This document shows positions 56,431 through 64,000 of a stretch of 64,000 nucleotides of DNA, in pieces. Position 1 is the first letter of the stretch. Every line of letters starts with the position of its first letter. Made by a program: the position numbers and the translations under genes. Source of the stretch: the human T2T-CHM13v2.0 reference genome, Homo sapiens; NCBI RefSeq assembly GCF_009914755.1, contig NC_060925.1, one strand, 5' to 3'. Under the pieces are notes generated by a model that saw only the letters and a list, made by a program, of their open reading frames with translations, was not told the DNA's origin and ran no database searches.

Positions 56431-59400
56431 ATTGATATTTAACTTGGAAGAGAGAAGTTTAACTTCTTTGACTGTATTTATATTTCATAACCTCCAGGCC
56501 CCTCATTCTTCTCTAGACAATGTAGTTTGACAATGTTCCTTTAAAATGTGCTGCCAATTCCAGACACCGTAAATGTACTGGTATAGCATCATACTGGATC
56601 AGCCTTTTTTTGATAGCCACAAAGGGGTTATTCATGCTGGGAGAAAAGGACAGGATGAAAGAAGAGGCCTATGGGTCTTCTTCAGCTTCACACTGTTCTG
56701 GGTCCTCTGGGCAAGGGTTAGAAACAGCTTTTGGGATGGATATATCTGCAAGACTTTTGTTATGCAATATCCCAGGCAAAGTCATGCATGGATTCTTTTC
56801 CTCTCAGAATGAAACCTATCCCAGGCTCCAAGTAATCATCCCCAAGGGAATTAAATAGTCCCTAATTAAGAACAACACTAGTAAATCCTAGCCTGAACCA
56901 CGAAACAACCATACTCAAGGAATCTACACCCCTCAATGAAGAAAGGCTGTTAATCTATGCTGACACCTTCAGCTTGATTTTATTTTATTGGAAAAATGTT
57001 ATATGGGTTATTATCTCCTGGTTTACATAATCCTACAGTTCCTCGATGCAATATGAAGTGAGATTCAGAGAAGTTTGAATTTACAATCCTATGCAGCTGG
57101 TGGAGCTGGGACTCAAATTCAAGACCACAGAACACCGCACTAGTAGATACATACTTGGAAAATTCGAGTTTGGTGGGGAGTTCCTGGGATGTGATCCATC
57201 AAATTGTCTGAAGTGAGGTGTTTGGGAATTTGTACTACAAGTGAATCTAAACTTTAACTAATTTGACTTAAAGGTTCTGTGACCTCTCTTAAGTGGGAGA
57301 CTCCCTTGCTCTGGTGTACTTTCCCTCCATCTTTGTCCGTTGCTAATAATTTAGCCAGCGACAAGGTATGCTTAAAGATCAACTTTTTTTCCCGCTACAA
57401 ACATGACTTCAGTCCAAGTATTTAAGCACCTGAACTCAAGTGAGGATAATAAATGTCAGAGGAATATTTATAGCTTGGTATGTGGAGACTTTCCAGGTCC
57501 CTGTTCTGCAATAACACAGATCCATCTGCTAAGAGCATTAGAATTGTGTATTGTTACTTCTTTTTTTTCACTCAAGTTGATAGATTCTGAAAATAGAAAA
57601 TTACAATATACAAATATTTTAACCTTTTTTTACTCAAATAATTATTAAATTAGGAGTTAATTACCAAGGGCAAAGTTTCTCCGCAATTCCTTGCTATTGG
57701 AAGCAAGCCCAGAAGAAACCTTAGCTCAGTCTTATATAAGCCCCTGTCATCATTATGCTGACAGATCTACCTGAGGATTTATTGTAGGATTGTCAGACCT
57801 TGGGGGTCTGAGGTTAGTCGACTCCCCAGTCTGTCGTTGGGGTTATGATTGTTTTTATTGCTGTACCATAAACATAGTTACCACTGATACTATTGTCAGC
57901 TAATGTATTCTTGTTCAAAGATCTGAGGAAGAGAACCTTTACACACAAAGACAGTTTATATGTATTTGTACCAGGAGGTTATTTAACCCTTCTCCTATGA
58001 TAAGCAAGGGCAAGAAGGACCTCTCTGGTTCTGTTCCATCTTTGTATCCTGACCTAAAGAATTTTCATAGAGCTGACTGATGGTCAGTTAGCTATTAAAT
58101 AGAAAATTTTATGCATTGTTAAGATTAACACTAGAGTACAAGTCTAGACAACATAATAAAGTGGAATAACAGTGTGTGTCTTCTGTGACTAATGAACATA
58201 TATTCTCTGCTTCACAAAAGAATAGAGGACAATACTTTAATATGCGAGGCAGTGTGCCTCATGTTAATCGTGGGCATATTCAGAAACAATGTGTAAATCA
58301 AATTTTGTACAACACAGTTCCCCTTACAGTGCAATTTCAAGAATATCTTATCAAATGACAGTAACTTCTCTTTTTAATTTTAGTTTTAGTTTTACAAAGA
58401 TCTCAATTACAGAGAGTTAACCATGCTCATACGGTGACATATCATCATTGGTCTGCACAAGGAACCCCTCTTGTTTATTTATTAACTTATTCCATTTTCA
58501 TTCCTATTCTTCAGTCCCATTCTCACTTTTACCCTCATATGCTTGATTTTAAACCTTTTATTTCTACATATCCTTTAAGAATGGGAATGATTGTGTACAT
58601 GCCATTTAATTTGCACTACTGTTATTGTGCTATAGATCTCAGCTTTCTTACCTTTTTCACCAGAAATATGCTTTGAAGGTACAATCTTGTAACTATGCAT
58701 ATATCTAGTTTGTGGTTTCTGACTTCTGCCAGGTACTCAATTGTATGTATCCACCTTGTGTTAATACTCCTCCAGGGATAGATCCCAGACTGTTATCATA
58801 ATCTTTCTGCCACCACAAACAATGCTATGATAAACAGTGCTTCTATTTGTTCTCTATCCAATAAAGAAAGACTGTAAACTAATATTCAAGTGCATTGATA
58901 AAGTCCCTAAGAAAACATATAAAATCTTATTGAAAATTAGGTCATAAGACTTTTAATACGCAAATAATTATCCTTAATCTGCTTGTGGCATGCATTTTGT
59001 GTTTGGACTTATATACATTTGACTTCTATAAAGACAAAACATCTATATGAAACAGATTGGGACTTTTTTTTTTAGCCCAGTGGGCTTGATGCTTTGCTCC
59101 TTTTCATTTAAAATGTCTCAAGTAATCAGCTTTCTTCTTTGAGAATTTGTATCTCACGCCAATATATGTGATTGCTTGGAAGTCCTAACATTTGGCTTAC
59201 ATTTTCTTCTTCTTAAATTGATCTCAAGAGTGATCTCTTCAGGCCGAATCTCTCCCTAAAGAAATTAAGCAGTATATAACGTTAGCTAAAATGGCAAATT
59301 CACAACAAGAACTCCAACTATTTGGGTTCAGGAATAGACAATAGTAGGTGAAGGTAAAACAGCTGTGCAGATGTCCTCATATCTACAAACTAGGGCTAAA

Positions 59401-60049
59401 AATTTATTATAGGTCCTCAGCAAAAAGTAATGCTGATTCTATTCATTTTTTTGTGCTAAAGGTAAAATAAAGCCTAGGAGTAGATTGATAAAATAGCCAT
59501 GTGTTGGAGAAATGCAATACTTAAATTAGCCAATGTTTACTGACTATTTATTACAGTTGAGGCACTGTAATAAGCAATGGGATAGAAGGAAATAGTATGC
59601 AAAAATTTTTAAAGTTATAATTGTAAGATTACAGTGTATAGCAGGAGTTACATGATGTTAACTAATGGGACAAAATACAGTTGCAGAAATCCATCAATTT
59701 GATTCAATATATATTAATTTTCAGTCAAGTACTAGGTGCTTGTATTAGGTCCTCATCAAACAAACACAAATGATATCAATACTAACCTTCACAATCTTCA
59801 AGAGGCAGAAAAACAAAAAAGTAAATGCGATTAAATATTATGGAAGCTATGATGTAAGGAATGCAGATGGAGAACCAAAGTCAGTGCTACCTTCTAGAAA
59901 GGTAATGTGAAAACTTTATGTAGAAGATGGCATGCAAACTGAGTCCTGAAGTTTTTGAGGGTTCAGAAGGAAAGAATTTCTGTAAAGGGAGAAAGAGGTC
60001 CTGAAGTGAAAGACAGTCTGATAATTAGGGAAGCAGTAACTAATACAGT

Positions 60050-60243
60050 AGAACCATCTGAGTTCAAATTCTGACTTTATCATTTACTAGCCTATTATGG
60101 CTCAGTTTCCTCATCCATAAAATGGGTAAAATAGGAGTTCCTTCCCCATGGAGTTAATTTGGGATTCACAGGAGATAACACATGTAAAATGATATATACC
60201 ATGCCTGGAATATACTATAAGTGCTCAATAAATATTAGTATAC
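60050..60243 (+). mobile_element. MIR within L2 relics (~59520-60360 and 62400-62700)
   Basis: ctgagttcaaattctgac...ctcagtttcctcatccataaaatggg...gtgctcaataaatattag. Confidence 0.85.
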
Positions 60244-60378
60244 TTACAATAATGACAAATAATGTGCTAGAGTTGGTGAGTTGGTGAGGGGGTGAAGGGA
60301 AGGGAAAAGGAGTGAAAAATAAGTCTGAAAAAATAGAAACTAGATCATGCAGGACCTGATATGCATACTTTGGACTTT

Positions 60379-62399
<2,021 letters not shown>

Positions 62400-62749
62400 T
62401 AACATTTCTTGGTTAGGCAATTGGAAGTTGGGAAGAGTTTTACGCAAGGAAGAAAAGGAAGGCACTTGATAAGATTTGTTTTTTTACAGAAAGAGTAATC
62501 AAGCCTTAGTAAGGAGGATGGATTAGAAGAGACAGGGAAATGAACTAGATGACTACTGCAGTGGTCCAGGCTAACAATGAGCTAAGGCATAAAAGTAAAA
62601 ATAATTAGAAATTTAAAGGGTGATTCTGAGACATATACCGTATTTATTTGATTTCATGTGGAAAATAAGGACTCTTGAATGACTCCCATTTCTATTAATA
62701 ATTTTATACCTATCTTTTTTTACATATCTTATAAACAGATGACATAAAC

Positions 62750-63000
62750 TTACAGTATCCATAAATATAGTACAGTACTCAGTATATTTTCTCTCTCATT
62801 AGTTTCTTAAAAACATTTTCTTTAGCTTGATTTGTTGAAAATATGGCATACAATGTATATACAATATATGTATTAATCAACTGTTTATGTTATCAGTAAG
62901 GCTACTAGTAAAGTTTTGGGGGAGTTAAAAGTTATACATGGATTTTCTACTACAAAGGAGGTTGATGCCACTCACTCCCATGTTGCTCAAGGATCAACTG
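62750..63000 (+). mobile_element. Tigger2-family DNA transposon end
   Basis: ctgtttatgttatcagtaaggct...aaagttatacatggatttt...tgttgctcaaggatcaactg followed by TA. Confidence 0.8.
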
Positions 63001-63428
63001 TACTAAGTTTTTCCCCTTGTTGTACTTCTTTGTATTCTTCTGTGATTTCTTTTTTCTATTCAACATTATATTTGTGAATTTTACCCATGTTGAAATTAGC
63101 CATATGTGCTTTATCTTAATTTTTATTCTCCAGTCTTGACAGAGATGCATCTTCTTTATTGGTTTTCTCAAAGAAACATTTACCATTATTAATTAATATG
63201 TTTTCATTAATTAATATGTCTTCATACATCTCCATATGTCTTATTTATTTTTTCATCATTATTTACATTTTAATCTTTCTTTGTGTTTGCTCTGTTGTTC
63301 CTTGTCTAACTTATTTGTTTTCTCAATGTTTTGTTGTTGTAGCTCAGAGAGGCAGTAGATGTTTCTCCTTTTATTTATTTCTCTTACAGCTTGATCTATT
63401 TTTTGGTTATATTATTATATTTACTCAG

Positions 63429-63780
63429 TGATATAGTTTGGCTGTGTCCCCACCCAAATCTCATCCTGAATTTCCACATGTTGTGGGAGGAACCTGGTGG
63501 GAGGTAATTGAATCATGGGGGCAGGTCTTTCCTGTGCTATTCTCTTGATAGTGAATAAGTCTCATGAGACCTGATGGTTTTCAAAAGAGGAGTTCCCCTG
63601 CACAAGCTCTCTTTCAGCCTGCAGCCATCCATGTAAGACATGACTTGCTCCTCCTTGCCTTCCGCCATGATTGTGAGGCCTTCCCAGCCATGTGGAACTG
63701 TAAGTCCATTAAATCTTTTTTTTGTAAATTGCCCAGTCTTGGGTATGTATTTATCAGCAGCATGAAAATGGACTAAGACA
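63429..63780 (+). mobile_element. THE1B/C solo LTR
   Basis: tgatatagtttggctgtgtccccacccaaatctcatc...gcagcatgaaaatggactaagaca. Confidence 0.93.
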
Positions 63781-64000
63781 GCCAATTTGAAATGTTTGTA
63801 TCTTCCATTAGTTTTTTTGAACGGACCTTTTTAACGTGAACCTTTTAGCATTTTGAAGGCACTCTCTTTATGTGTAATAATATTTTTGCCTTAAAATCTG
63901 TTTTGTTTGATATTATAATAATATAGCTATGCCAGACTATTGAAATTAGTATTTATCCTATAGTTTTTTAATCATAATTTTACTCTCAACATTTTTTTCT

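Overview
Primate (human-like), AT-rich, CpG-depleted non-coding DNA made mostly of transposon relics. I find no supportable intact protein-coding gene, RNA gene or CRISPR array; the ORFs I can assign to a known protein are L1, Tigger or PSMC1-retrocopy fragments, and many others are Alu or LTR translations or chance ORFs. Main landmarks: (1) a ~20 kb stack of nested minus-strand L1s (13.6-33.3 kb) holding a full-length processed PSMC1 pseudogene (21284-22879); (2) a full-length L1PB1 (37.0-44.0 kb); (3) a full-length L1PA3/4 (44972-51133); (4) a solo LTR12F; (5) a twin-primed, 5'-inverted L1PA3; (6) a THE1 LTR. I cannot support a new biological system here. The best non-obvious signals are mechanistic scars: a ~210 bp 3' transduction carried by the L1PA3/4 (shown by a displaced 19 bp TSD), a three-junction inverted triplication around a hairpin inside the L1PB1, several locally templated insertions, and an intact stand-alone L1 endonuclease ORF. 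Repeat subfamily names come from remembered consensus sequences and need RepeatMasker/Dfam confirmation; boundaries of old repeats are approximate.
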